Below are positions 50,587 to 59,415 of a DNA stretch of 64,000 nt, in pieces. The stretch comes from Thermoanaerobaculia bacterium. GTDB taxonomy: Bacteria; Acidobacteriota; Thermoanaerobaculia; UBA5066. The position numbers and the translations under genes are program-made. Each line of letters begins with the position of its first letter. Position 1 is the first letter of the stretch. Location of the stretch: positions 2,976,001 through 3,040,000 of the forward strand of contig CAVRAY010000001.1 in assembly GCA_963719225.1 (NCBI GenBank), in the 5' to 3' direction. Under the pieces are notes generated by a model. That model was not told where the DNA came from and searched no databases. It worked only from the letters and a program-made list of their open reading frames with translations.

Positions 50587-50688
50587 GAGCGCGCGGACTA
50601 TACAACCGATTCGGCGGCGCCGAACGCACCCCTTAACATAGGTCGCTGTCCGCCCTTTCGTCCTGCGTCTCGCCGCCCTCCGCCTCGA

Positions 50689-52356
50689 TCAGCGTGACGC
50701 GGCCCTGAAAGGCCATGGAGTCGGCGGGAGAACCAGTTCGCGTTCGCGGCGGGCGAGGAGCCGCGGCTGCGGGGATCCCGTCCGCGCGATCTCCTCTTCG
50801 AGCGTGCCTCGCTGCTCGAAGTAGACGTCGGCGATGTACGCGCGCTGGAGGAGGAGAGAAGGAGAAGGAGAGAGAGAAGGAGAAAAAAAAGAAATCTGCT
50901 TAGAAAGGAGGAATCCGAGGGCCGCGTAGACCGCCGCGCCACAGAAAAATGCAAGCGCCACGCCCCCCCTTCCGCTCCCGTTCCTGTTCTCTTCCCTCTT
51001 CCCTTCTACGAAAATCTTCTCTTCTCTCTTCCCCACTAAGAAAAAATAAGCAGCGACACACACGATCGCCGGCAGAACGAAGCGCGCCGCGCCGGGCGCG
51101 ACGAGATGCAACGTATTCGGCGCGGTCAATCCCCTTTCGAAGAAGAACGCCGCGAAAGAGCCCCAGGGCAGCGCGAAACCGGGCGGAACGAACGGAAACG
51201 CGAACGTCGTCGCGCAGATGGCGAGCGTCGAGGCTCCGACCAGAGCACTCTCGAGAAGTCCTCCCTTTCCGAACGCGAACGGAAAGACGAGGAAGGGCAG
51301 CGCCGCGACGAGATAACGCGGCCCGACGGAGAAACCTCCGTGCCAGTTCGGGTAGCCCGCGTAGAGAAGGAGAAGCGAGAGGGGGACGAGCCCGAGCGCG
51401 AGACGACCCGCGGAAGACACGTTGCGGCGCGACGAAAGAACCACTCCCGGCCACAAAAGGAGAAACGGCGAGAAGACGAGGAGGCCCTTAGACGGATCCG
51501 CGAGGAGTCGAAGCAGGATTTCCGGGGACGGCAGAGAAATGCCGAAGAGGCCGGCAGACGCGAGCGACCGGAAGCCGGCCGCGCGCTCGTGAGCGGAGGA
51601 CAGCTCGAAGACCCCTCCGAAGCAGGCGAGGTCGTACGCGCCGAGAAGGGCGACAAAAGGGGCGCCTCCCGCGGCGAGGGCGAGAGCGCGCCGGGGAGCG
51701 GGAAGGACAGCGCAGAGGACGAGCACTCCCGCCGGCACCGCCGCGGGGTACTCCGAGATCACGGCAAGTCCAAGGAGCGCGCCGGCGGCGAGATCGCAAC
51801 GGAACGAGAGGCGGGGATCTCCGGGAGAAAAAAGCGCGACCCATGCGCCGAAGAGGCACGCCGCTACGAGGGCGTGGGAAAAAAGGAGCAACCCGTACGT
51901 GAAGAGGGGTGTCGCGAAAAGAAGGGCGAACGCCGTGTCTGCTGCGCGCGTGGGGGCGGCTCCGAAACGCAGGGCAACCGGGTAGAGGACGAGGGCGAGA
52001 AACACCGCGGGCAGCGTGGCGCCGAAAAGCCGCATCGCCCACAACACAGGGCGCATCGAGGAAGGCGAAGGCGCGCCCGCGAACACCCGCGCGAGAAGGT
52101 AGCCCGGCAGCGCCATGAGCGTCGCGCCGGGCGCCTTGTTCGAGTAGACGCGCCCGTCCTTCTCCGAGACGTCCTCGAATGCCGGCCCGAGGAGCGGAAG
52201 CACGGAGGAAATCTCCGGCGTGCCACGCTCGACGAGCGACGCGGCGAGCGCCCAGCGCGTGAATTCGTTCGGCGAGAGAAAGTGCGGGTAAACAGGCACG
52301 GCGAGCACCGCCAGAAGGGCGTAAAGCCCCACGACGGCTCCGAACCTCGACCGCAT
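50689..52356 (-). CDS. Polytopic membrane protein, possible GT-C fold glycosyltransferase
   Basis: SPNE..R, YSNKAPG, many TMs, KGLLVFSP, WHGGFSVGPRYL. Start ATG 52356; the ORF-track extension overlaps queA antisense. Confidence 0.6.
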   Translation of the reverse strand: MRSRFGAVVGLYALLAVLAVPVYPHFLSPNEFTRWALAASLVERGTPEISSVLPLLGPAFEDVSEKDGRVYSNKAPGATLMALPGYLLARVFAGAPSPSSMRPVLWAMRLFGATLPAVFLALVLYPVALRFGAAPTRAADTAFALLFATPLFTYGLLLFSHALVAACLFGAWVALFSPGDPRLSFRCDLAAGALLGLAVISEYPAAVPAGVLVLCAVLPAPRRALALAAGGAPFVALLGAYDLACFGGVFELSSAHERAAGFRSLASAGLFGISLPSPEILLRLLADPSKGLLVFSPFLLLWPGVVLSSRRNVSSAGRLALGLVPLSLLLLYAGYPNWHGGFSVGPRYLVAALPFLVFPFAFGKGGLLESALVGASTLAICATTFAFPFVPPGFALPWGSFAAFFFERGLTAPNTLHLVAPGAARFVLPAIVCVAAYFFLVGKREEKIFVEGKREENRNGSGRGGVALAFFCGAAVYAALGFLLSKQISFFSPSLSPSPSLLLQRAYIADVYFEQRGTLEEEIARTGSPQPRLLARRERELVLPPTPWPFRAASR

Positions 52357-52395
52357 CGCGTCAGTCTCGCACAGCGCCCGTGCAAAATGCGCCGG

Positions 52396-53550
52396 ATGGA
52401 CGTCGCGGATTTCGACTTCGTGCTGCCGCACGGATCGATCGCGCAGCGGCCCGCACCGCGCGGAGCCGCCCGCCTCATGACGCTCGACCGAAAGACGGGA
52501 GCGTTCGCCCACCGCTTCGTCGCGGACCTCCCGTCCCTCCTCGGCCCGGGCGACATCCTCGTCCTTAACGACACGAAAGTCATTCCGGCGCGAATTTTCG
52601 GCACGGACGAGAGAGGGAGAAGGACGGAATTTCTGCTGGTTTCGAAGATCGAACAGGAACCGGGGAGTTCGGATTTTTCTTTGAAAGGGGAAGAAGATGA
52701 AGACGAGCTTTGGCGCTGCCTCGCGAAACCGGGGAGGCGGGTGAAGGCCGGGAGGAGGTTTTTCTTTGAAGGTGGATGGGCGGCCGAGGCGCTCGCGAGT
52801 GGCGCGACGGCGCAGCCCGAGCCCCATCCACCTTCTAAGAAAAGCGCCCTTACCCGTCGCACCGAAGCCGGCCTTTACGCCCTCCGCTTCACGAAGAGCG
52901 GGAGCAAAAAGTCTTCTCTTCTCGATGATCTTGACGTTCTCGGGTCCGCGCCGCTCCCCCCGTACATCCACCGACCACTCGGCGTCGCGGACGCGCGGGA
53001 TGCGATCGACTACCAGACGGTGTTCGGGGACCGGCCCGGCGCGATCGCGGCGCCGACCGCGGGCCTCCATTTCACTCGCGAGCTTCTCGCGGCCGTCGCC
53101 GCGCGGGGCGTCGAGGTCGTGCGCGTGACGCTGCACGTCGGCCTCGGCACGTTCAAGCCCGTGAAAGTTGATTACGTCGAGGAGCACCTCATGGAATTCG
53201 AGCGGGCGGAAGTTCCCGCGGCGACCGCCGAACGCGTCAACCAGGCGAAACGCGAGGGGCGGCGCATCGTCGCCGTCGGAACGACGTCCGTGCGCACGCT
53301 CGAAGCGTCTGCTCGTGCGCACGCGGGCCTCGTCGCAGCCGGCGCGTTCGAGACGGACCTCTTTCTCGTGCCGGGCGCGACGTTTAACGTCGTCGACGCG
53401 CTGCTGACGAACTTCCACCTGCCCCGCTCGACGCTGCTCATGCTCGTCTCGGCCTTCGCCGGGCGCGAGCACGTCCTCGCCGCATACGGCGAAGCCGTCC
53501 GCGAGGGCTATCGTTTCTTCAGCTACGGCGACGCGATGTTCATTTCGTGA
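52396..53550 (+). CDS. queA: S-adenosylmethionine:tRNA ribosyltransferase-isomerase
   Basis: DFDFVLP..IAQRP, NDTKVIPAR, PLPPYI, YQTVF, AAPTAGLHF, LHVGLGTF, TNFHLP, FFSYGD. Confidence 0.97.
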   Translation: MDVADFDFVLPHGSIAQRPAPRGAARLMTLDRKTGAFAHRFVADLPSLLGPGDILVLNDTKVIPARIFGTDERGRRTEFLLVSKIEQEPGSSDFSLKGEEDEDELWRCLAKPGRRVKAGRRFFFEGGWAAEALASGATAQPEPHPPSKKSALTRRTEAGLYALRFTKSGSKKSSLLDDLDVLGSAPLPPYIHRPLGVADARDAIDYQTVFGDRPGAIAAPTAGLHFTRELLAAVAARGVEVVRVTLHVGLGTFKPVKVDYVEEHLMEFERAEVPAATAERVNQAKREGRRIVAVGTTSVRTLEASARAHAGLVAAGAFETDLFLVPGATFNVVDALLTNFHLPRSTLLMLVSAFAGREHVLAAYGEAVREGYRFFSYGDAMFIS

Positions 53551-53572
53551 CGGCCGGCCCGCGTTCCGGGTT

Positions 53573-54589
53573 TTACGACTTTCCGTTCACCTCGGCGACC
53601 GCCACCTTGTTCAGCCCGCTGCACGCCAGGTAGAGCCGGCCGTCGGGCGTCGCGACCATGTTGCGCACGACGCCTCCGCCCGAAGGAATAGGCCAGCGCC
53701 GCGTCGCTCCGGTCTTCGGCTCGAGGACGACGAGCGTGTTCGGTTCGACTCCGGACTCGCTGTACCAAACTCTGCCGTCCCGAGTCGACGCGATGCCGTA
53801 CGGCTGCGAACCGGGACCGCCGGGTGATGCCCACTCTTCCACTTTCGCGGTCCGGGGGTCGAGCCGACCGACGAATCCACGCGCAAAGTCGCTGTAGTAA
53901 ATGAGGCCGTCCGGGTTGTTCGTCAGGCGGCGCGGGCGGGCGCCGGAGGGCAGCGGGAACTCCCGGATGTCGAGCGTTTTCGGATCGATCCTCCCGATCT
54001 TGTTGCTTCCGAACTCGCAGAAGTAGGCGGCCCCGTCCGGCCCGACGATGATTCCGTACGGCAGCGCGCCGGCCGTTGGAACCTCTTTCAACGCGACCTT
54101 GCCCAGAACGGGATCCAGCCTACCGACGAAGTTGCTTTGCTGCGCCGTGAAGTAAATGAGCCCGGCGCGATTGAACGCGAGGCTGTGGGGGTCGCGGGCG
54201 CGCCCCTCGGGCATCTTGTACTCGGTCACGTCGCCGGTCCTGGGATCGAGCTTCCCGATGTACCCCTTGTAGTTCGCCGTGAACCAGATGTTGCCGTCCT
54301 TGTCGGCGGCCAGGCCGTGCGGCCCGGATTCGGGCGTTTTCAGCGTGAACTCCTTGATGGCGCCGGTTTTGGGATCGAGGCGACCGAGCTTGTTCGCGAG
54401 CTGCTCCGTGACCCAGAGCGAGCCGTCCGGAGCGGCCTCCGGGTCGTGCGGCCGCGCGTTCGGCGTCGGGACGTCCCATTCCCGGATGGAGACCTTCAGG
54501 TCGTCCGCCGAGAGTCCGGTCAGACCGAGGGTGAGAGCAACGAGGAGGAGAGCCAGAAGCGCCGGAAGGAACCGAGCGACCTTTTTCAT
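53573..54589 (-). CDS. Secreted Vgb-family (virginiamycin B lyase-like) beta-propeller protein
   Basis: Signal peptide MKKVARF...; about seven repeats of PH/PY....DG.IWFT....GRLDP.TG...E. Confidence 0.8.
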   Translation of the reverse strand: MKKVARFLPALLALLLVALTLGLTGLSADDLKVSIREWDVPTPNARPHDPEAAPDGSLWVTEQLANKLGRLDPKTGAIKEFTLKTPESGPHGLAADKDGNIWFTANYKGYIGKLDPRTGDVTEYKMPEGRARDPHSLAFNRAGLIYFTAQQSNFVGRLDPVLGKVALKEVPTAGALPYGIIVGPDGAAYFCEFGSNKIGRIDPKTLDIREFPLPSGARPRRLTNNPDGLIYYSDFARGFVGRLDPRTAKVEEWASPGGPGSQPYGIASTRDGRVWYSESGVEPNTLVVLEPKTGATRRWPIPSGGGVVRNMVATPDGRLYLACSGLNKVAVAEVNGKS

Positions 54590-54731
54590 CGTGGAGATCC
54601 CCTCGACGCCGAAGCACGTTCCGGGCCGACCGCTCACGCCCCGACTCCCGGCCGATGGCGCGACGGTTGCAGCCCGAGGGACGGCGGGAAGGGCTCGTCC
54701 AGAACTTGCACGCTTCATTCGGAGGTCGACG

Positions 54732-55121
54732 ATGACGATCCTCGGAAAGCACGCCGAACGCGTTTACGCTCTCATGCGCTTCATCGCGGGTGTCCTGTTC
54801 GCGTGTCACGGCGCGCAGAAGCTCTTCGGCTCTCTCGGGGGGCAGAAGGTGATCGGCAACACGCTGATGACGCTCGCGGGGGTGATCGAGCTCGTCGGCG
54901 GCGGGTTGATCGCGCTCGGCCTGTTCGCCGCCCCGGCCGCGTTCGTCGCCAGCGGGGAGATGGCGGTCGGGTACTTCAAGCAGCATGCCCCGAACTCGTT
55001 CTGGCCGATCCAGAACAAGGGCGAGCTCGCCGTGCTCTTTTGCTTCGTGTTCCTCTACATCTCCGCCCACGGCTCGGGGGCGCTCAGCCTGGATGCGACC
55101 GTCGGGCGACGGCGGGCTTGA
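54732..55121 (+). CDS. DoxX family membrane protein
   Basis: R...G.LF..HG.QK, ELVGG...LGL, AFVASGEMAV.YF, N.GEL; GGAGG SD. Confidence 0.9.
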   Translation: MTILGKHAERVYALMRFIAGVLFACHGAQKLFGSLGGQKVIGNTLMTLAGVIELVGGGLIALGLFAAPAAFVASGEMAVGYFKQHAPNSFWPIQNKGELAVLFCFVFLYISAHGSGALSLDATVGRRRA

Positions 55122-55135
55122 CCGCCCGCGACAAT

Positions 55136-55165
55136 GGCGGCGCGGGCCCGAGGGCCGGCGCCGCC
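55136..55165. terminator. GC hairpin between convergent doxX and glnA
   Basis: GGCGGCGC-G-GGCC-CGAG-GGCC-G-GCGCCGCC, 12 paired bases. Confidence 0.5.
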
Positions 55166-55183
55166 TTCCGGGGCGAATGCCAG

Positions 55184-56524
55184 TCAATACGACTGGAGGT
55201 AGCGTTCCACCTCCCAGGGGTGAACGCACGCGATGTACGTCTGCCACTCGGAGCGCTTGGCCTCGATGAATTTTTCGACGACGTGCTCGCCGAGCGCGTT
55301 CTTGAGGAGGTCGTCCTTCTCGAGACAGTCGAGCGCCTCGGAGAGGTTTCCGGGGAGAACGTCGATCTTCAGTCGCTTCTTCTCGCGCGCCGACATCTCG
55401 AAGACGTTCTGGTTCACGGGTTCACCCGCGTCGAGCTTGTTCTTGATCCCGTCGAGGCCCGCCGCGAGCATGACGGTGAACGCGAGGTACGGATTGCACG
55501 ACGGGTCCGGCATCCGAACTTCGCAACGCGTCCCCATGCCGCGCCGCGCCGGGATGCGCACCATCGGCGAGCGATTGCGCTCGGACCACGCGACGTTCAC
55601 GGGCGCTTCGTAGCCGGGCACGAGCCGTTTGTACGAATTCACGAGCGGGTTCGTGACCGCGGCGATCGCGCGCGCGTGCTTCAAGACGCCGCCGATGTAG
55701 TTCATCGCGAGGCTGGAGAGCTGGTACTTCGCCTTCGCATCGAAGAACGCGTTCTTCATGGACGCGCCGGACCCCGTGATGAGCGACTGGTGCACGTGCA
55801 TGCCGGAACCGTTCACGCCGAAAATCGGCTTCGGCATGAACGTCGCGTGGAGGCCGTGGTCGAGCGCGACCTTCTTCACGATGAGCTTGAACGTCGTGAC
55901 CTGGTCCGCCGTCGTGACCGCGTCGCCGTACTTGAAATCGATTTCGTGCTGGCCGGGAGCGACTTCGTGATGCGCCGCTTCGACCTCGAAGCCCATCGCC
56001 TCGAGCGCGACGACGATGTCGCGCCGCGCTTCCTCGCCGCGGTCCACGGGCGTGAGGTCGAAGTAGCCGCCCTGGTCGTGCGTGTCGACGATCGGGTCGC
56101 CGTTCGCGTCGCGGCGGAAGAGGAAGAACTCCGCCTCGGGTCCGGTCATGAGCGTGTAGCCGAGAGCCTTCGCCTTGTCCATCTGACGCTTCAGCGTCTG
56201 GCGCGGGCAGCCGGCGAACGCTTTGCCGTCCGGCTCGATGATGTCGCAGACGAGGCGGGCGACTTTTCCGTTCGGGTGCGACCACGGGAAGACGCGGAAC
56301 GTGTCGAGGTCGGGCACGAGGCCCATGTCGGATTCCTCGATCCGCGTGAAGCCCTCGATGGAAGAGCCGTCGAACTGGATCTCGCCGTCGAGCGCTTTCT
56401 CGAACTGCGAACGGGGGACCTCGACATTCTTGATGATGCCGAGGATGTCCGTGAATTGGAGACGCAGGAACCGGACGCCTTGCTTGTCGCACTCCTTGAG
56501 GATCTCCGCCGCCTTCATGCCCAT
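55184..56524 (-). CDS. glnA: Glutamine synthetase type I (GSI-alpha-like)
   Basis: FDGSSIEGF, HHEVAPGQHEI, ATFMPKP..G.NGSGMH, NSYKRLVPGYEAP, NRS, PDP.CNPYL. Confidence 0.97.
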   Translation of the reverse strand: MGMKAAEILKECDKQGVRFLRLQFTDILGIIKNVEVPRSQFEKALDGEIQFDGSSIEGFTRIEESDMGLVPDLDTFRVFPWSHPNGKVARLVCDIIEPDGKAFAGCPRQTLKRQMDKAKALGYTLMTGPEAEFFLFRRDANGDPIVDTHDQGGYFDLTPVDRGEEARRDIVVALEAMGFEVEAAHHEVAPGQHEIDFKYGDAVTTADQVTTFKLIVKKVALDHGLHATFMPKPIFGVNGSGMHVHQSLITGSGASMKNAFFDAKAKYQLSSLAMNYIGGVLKHARAIAAVTNPLVNSYKRLVPGYEAPVNVAWSERNRSPMVRIPARRGMGTRCEVRMPDPSCNPYLAFTVMLAAGLDGIKNKLDAGEPVNQNVFEMSAREKKRLKIDVLPGNLSEALDCLEKDDLLKNALGEHVVEKFIEAKRSEWQTYIACVHPWEVERYLQSY

Positions 56525-56706
56525 TCTTTCCCTTTCTTCCCTTCAGAAATTGCTCGTGCGGCTGGGATTCTGGGGTAAGGCAGCGAAGTTTTCCATGAAT
56601 ATTCAGCAAAATGCACATGGAACTGTGCAGAAATCGTATTAACGATAAAACAGTCCTGTTTTCGGGCGCCTTTTCTCGCGAAGCCGCGAGATGCGAGGAT
56701 CGCATC

Positions 56707-57339
56707 ATGACGATCCCTTCGCGCGAGGCCGCCTGGGCGCTCCTGACGGAATTCACGCACTCGCAGCCGCTCAGACGCCATGCGCTCGCAGTGGAAGCGA
56801 CGATGCGCCACCTCGCGCGCGTTTCGGGCGTGACGGACGCGGCGGAGATTGAAACGTGGGGCCTCGTCGGGATGCTCCACGACTTCGATTACGAGAAGTA
56901 TCCGACGCAACAGGACCACGTGTGGCGCGGCATGGAGATCCTGAAGGAGCGCGGATGGCCGGAGGAGGTCATCCGCGCGATCGGCGGACATGCTTTCTAC
57001 ACGAACATCGAGCGAAAGACGCGAATGGAGAAAGCGATCCTCGCGGCAGACGAGCTGACGGGCTTCGCGGGGGCGTGCGCGCTCATTCGACCGACGAAGA
57101 AAATCGCGGACGTCCCCGTCGAATCCGTCGTCAAGCGGCTCAAGGAGAAATCCTTCGCGCGTTCCGTCGACCGGACGTACGTGACGCGCGGCGCGGAAGA
57201 ATGGGGCGTTCCCGTTCCCGAGCTCGTCGCGCTCGTTCTCGCCTCTCAAGTCCCGATCGCGGACCGAATCGGCCTCGGCGGCGCGCCCGCCGCCGACCTG
57301 CTGGATTCGCCCGTCCCGCCCGAACCTCCAGCTCCCTGA
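56707..57339 (+). CDS. HD-domain metal-dependent phosphohydrolase
   Basis: RRHALAVE, GMLHDFDYE, AIGGH, AADELTG, K.FARSVDR. Start ATG 56707. Confidence 0.88.
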   Translation: MTIPSREAAWALLTEFTHSQPLRRHALAVEATMRHLARVSGVTDAAEIETWGLVGMLHDFDYEKYPTQQDHVWRGMEILKERGWPEEVIRAIGGHAFYTNIERKTRMEKAILAADELTGFAGACALIRPTKKIADVPVESVVKRLKEKSFARSVDRTYVTRGAEEWGVPVPELVALVLASQVPIADRIGLGGAPAADLLDSPVPPEPPAP

Positions 57340-57399
57340 CCCGGACAGCCATGTCCGAAAACGGCTAGTTTTTCGCCCGCGGGGGAGTAGATTCCCGGC

Positions 57400-58887
57400 G
57401 TGGACATCGAGAACGCCGCCCGCACCAAGGCGATCCTGAGCCGCGACACCCGCTTTTCGGGCCGATTCTTCGTCGGCGTCGTGACGACGCGCGTCTATTG
57501 CCGGCCCGGCTGCCCCGCGCCTCTTCCGAAACCGAAGAACATGCGCTTTTACACGTATGCCGCGGCCGCCGAAGACGCCGGGTTCCGCCCGTGCCGGCGG
57601 TGCCGGCCGGAAACCGCCCCGGGCTCGCCCGTATGGGACGGGACGTCCGCGACCGTTTCGCGCGCATTGAAGAGGATCTTCGACGGCGACGGCCATGAGT
57701 CCGTTGAAGCGCTGTCCGAACGTCTCGGGCTCGGCTCCCGGCACCTCAGGCGCCTTTTTGCGGAGCACGTCGGCGCATCGCCGGCGTCGCTCCAGCGCAC
57801 GCATCGTGTCCATTTCGCACGCCGGCTACTGGACGAGACGTCGCTCCCCGTCTCGGAAGTTGCGTTCGCGGCCGGCTTCGAGAGCGTCCGGCGTTTCAAC
57901 GACGCGATCCGCGCAACGTTCCATCGGGCCCCTCGAGAGCTGCGAAGAGCTTCGAAGGGAAAAGAGCGAGCGCCAGCGACGGGAATGCCGGAGAAGACGC
58001 TGACTCTCAAGCTGCCGGTCCGGCCGCCGTTCGATGCGACCGCCCTTTTCTCCTTTCTCAGAGATCGTGCTCTTCCGGGCATCGAAGCGGTTCGCGGTCA
58101 CGCTTATTCTCGAACGATCGAAAGCCGCGGACGAGCGGGAATCGTGACGGTCTCACACGAAGCCGGACGGGAATTCCTGAGTCTTTCGCTGAATTTCTCG
58201 CCGGGCCCCGATCTCCTCGACTTCGTGCGCCGCACAGGACGTATCTTCGACGTCGACGCGGACCCGCTCGCGATCGGGACCGTGCTGAGCCGCGATCCGC
58301 TCCTCGCGCCGCTCGTCGCGGCCCGGCCGGGACTTCGCGTGCCCGGCGCCTGGGACCCGTTCGAGATCGCCGTCCGCGCGATTCTCGGCCAGCAGGTGTC
58401 CGTGCGCGGTGCGCGGACGCTCGCGGGACGGCTCGTCGCGGCGTTCGGACGGCCGCTCGAGGACGGAAGCGTGGAAGGCCTGACGCACGTCTTCCCGGGG
58501 CCGGCCGCTCTCGCCGTCTCGGACCTCTCCAAGATCGGCGTTCCCCGCGCGCGCGCGAACGCGATCCGGGCGCTCGCTTCCGCCGTTCACACGAAGAAGG
58601 TCGAGCTCGCCGCGACACGCGGCCTCGACGATCTCGAGCAGCGCCTCTGCGCGCTTCCGGGCATCGGGCCGTGGACGGCTCAATACGTGGCGCTCCGCGC
58701 GTTCGGCGAGCCGGACGCGTTCCCTGCGGGGGATCTCGGGCTCCGCCGGGCGCTCGAGACGGCGGGTGTTTCGGCGGATGCCACGGCGCTTCGCGCGCGT
58801 GCGGCGTCCTGGAGCCCGTTCCGCGCGTACGCGACGTTGCATCTCTGGAATTCACTTCCCTCCCGGGAGAAAAGGAGATCGGAATGA
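57400..58887 (+). CDS. alkA: AdaA-AlkA fusion (Ada Zn domain, AraC HTH, 3-methyladenine DNA glycosylase)
   Basis: YCRPGC...FRPCRRCRP Zn cysteines, AraC HTH, AILGQQVS, LPGIGPWTA HhH, FPAGD. Confidence 0.93.
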   Translation: MDIENAARTKAILSRDTRFSGRFFVGVVTTRVYCRPGCPAPLPKPKNMRFYTYAAAAEDAGFRPCRRCRPETAPGSPVWDGTSATVSRALKRIFDGDGHESVEALSERLGLGSRHLRRLFAEHVGASPASLQRTHRVHFARRLLDETSLPVSEVAFAAGFESVRRFNDAIRATFHRAPRELRRASKGKERAPATGMPEKTLTLKLPVRPPFDATALFSFLRDRALPGIEAVRGHAYSRTIESRGRAGIVTVSHEAGREFLSLSLNFSPGPDLLDFVRRTGRIFDVDADPLAIGTVLSRDPLLAPLVAARPGLRVPGAWDPFEIAVRAILGQQVSVRGARTLAGRLVAAFGRPLEDGSVEGLTHVFPGPAALAVSDLSKIGVPRARANAIRALASAVHTKKVELAATRGLDDLEQRLCALPGIGPWTAQYVALRAFGEPDAFPAGDLGLRRALETAGVSADATALRARAASWSPFRAYATLHLWNSLPSREKRRSE

Positions 58888-59396
58888 ACCCCGTTCGGCT
58901 GAGAAAAACGGAAATCGAGACGCCCGCCGGCACGCTCGTCCTCGTGAGCCGGGGCCCGGCCCTCGTCGGACTCGTCTACAAAGATCGCTGGAAAGGGATG
59001 GAAGCGGACCTCCGAAGGAGATTCGGAGAGATCTTCTTAGAAAGGGAAGAGGGAAGCGGAGCCTCGGCGCGCGCCTTGCGCGACTATTTGGAAGGCGATC
59101 TCGGCGCTTTGGATTCGGTCGCCGTCGACACGGCTGGAACACCCTTTCAGGAAGGCGTTTGGAAGGCGCTTCGCCGCATTCCGGTCGGCGCGACGTGGTC
59201 GTACGCCCGCCTCGCGAAGGAGATCGGCCGCCCGTCCGCCGTCCGCGCCGTCGCCGCCGCGAACGGCGCGAACCCGGTTTCGATCGTGATCCCGTGCCAC
59301 CGCGTCATCGCGTCGGACGGAAAGCTCGCCGGCTACGGCGGCGGGATCTCTCGAAAGCGCTGGCTGCTCGCGCACGAAGGGGCCATCCTCGCCTAA
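58884..59396 (+). CDS. ogt: Methylated-DNA-protein-cysteine methyltransferase
   Basis: GTPFQ..VW, RAVA.ANG.NP, IPCHRV active site; ATGA overlap. Confidence 0.95.
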   Translation: MNPVRLRKTEIETPAGTLVLVSRGPALVGLVYKDRWKGMEADLRRRFGEIFLEREEGSGASARALRDYLEGDLGALDSVAVDTAGTPFQEGVWKALRRIPVGATWSYARLAKEIGRPSAVRAVAAANGANPVSIVIPCHRVIASDGKLAGYGGGISRKRWLLAHEGAILA

Positions 59397-59415
59397 GGAG
59401 GCAGATAATCCGCCG

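Noticed and set aside
50587-50610. AGTCC next to the pyrR start as a PyrR-binding loop
   Set aside because: It does not continue into the ARUCCNGNGAGGYU consensus and overlaps the likely -10 box.
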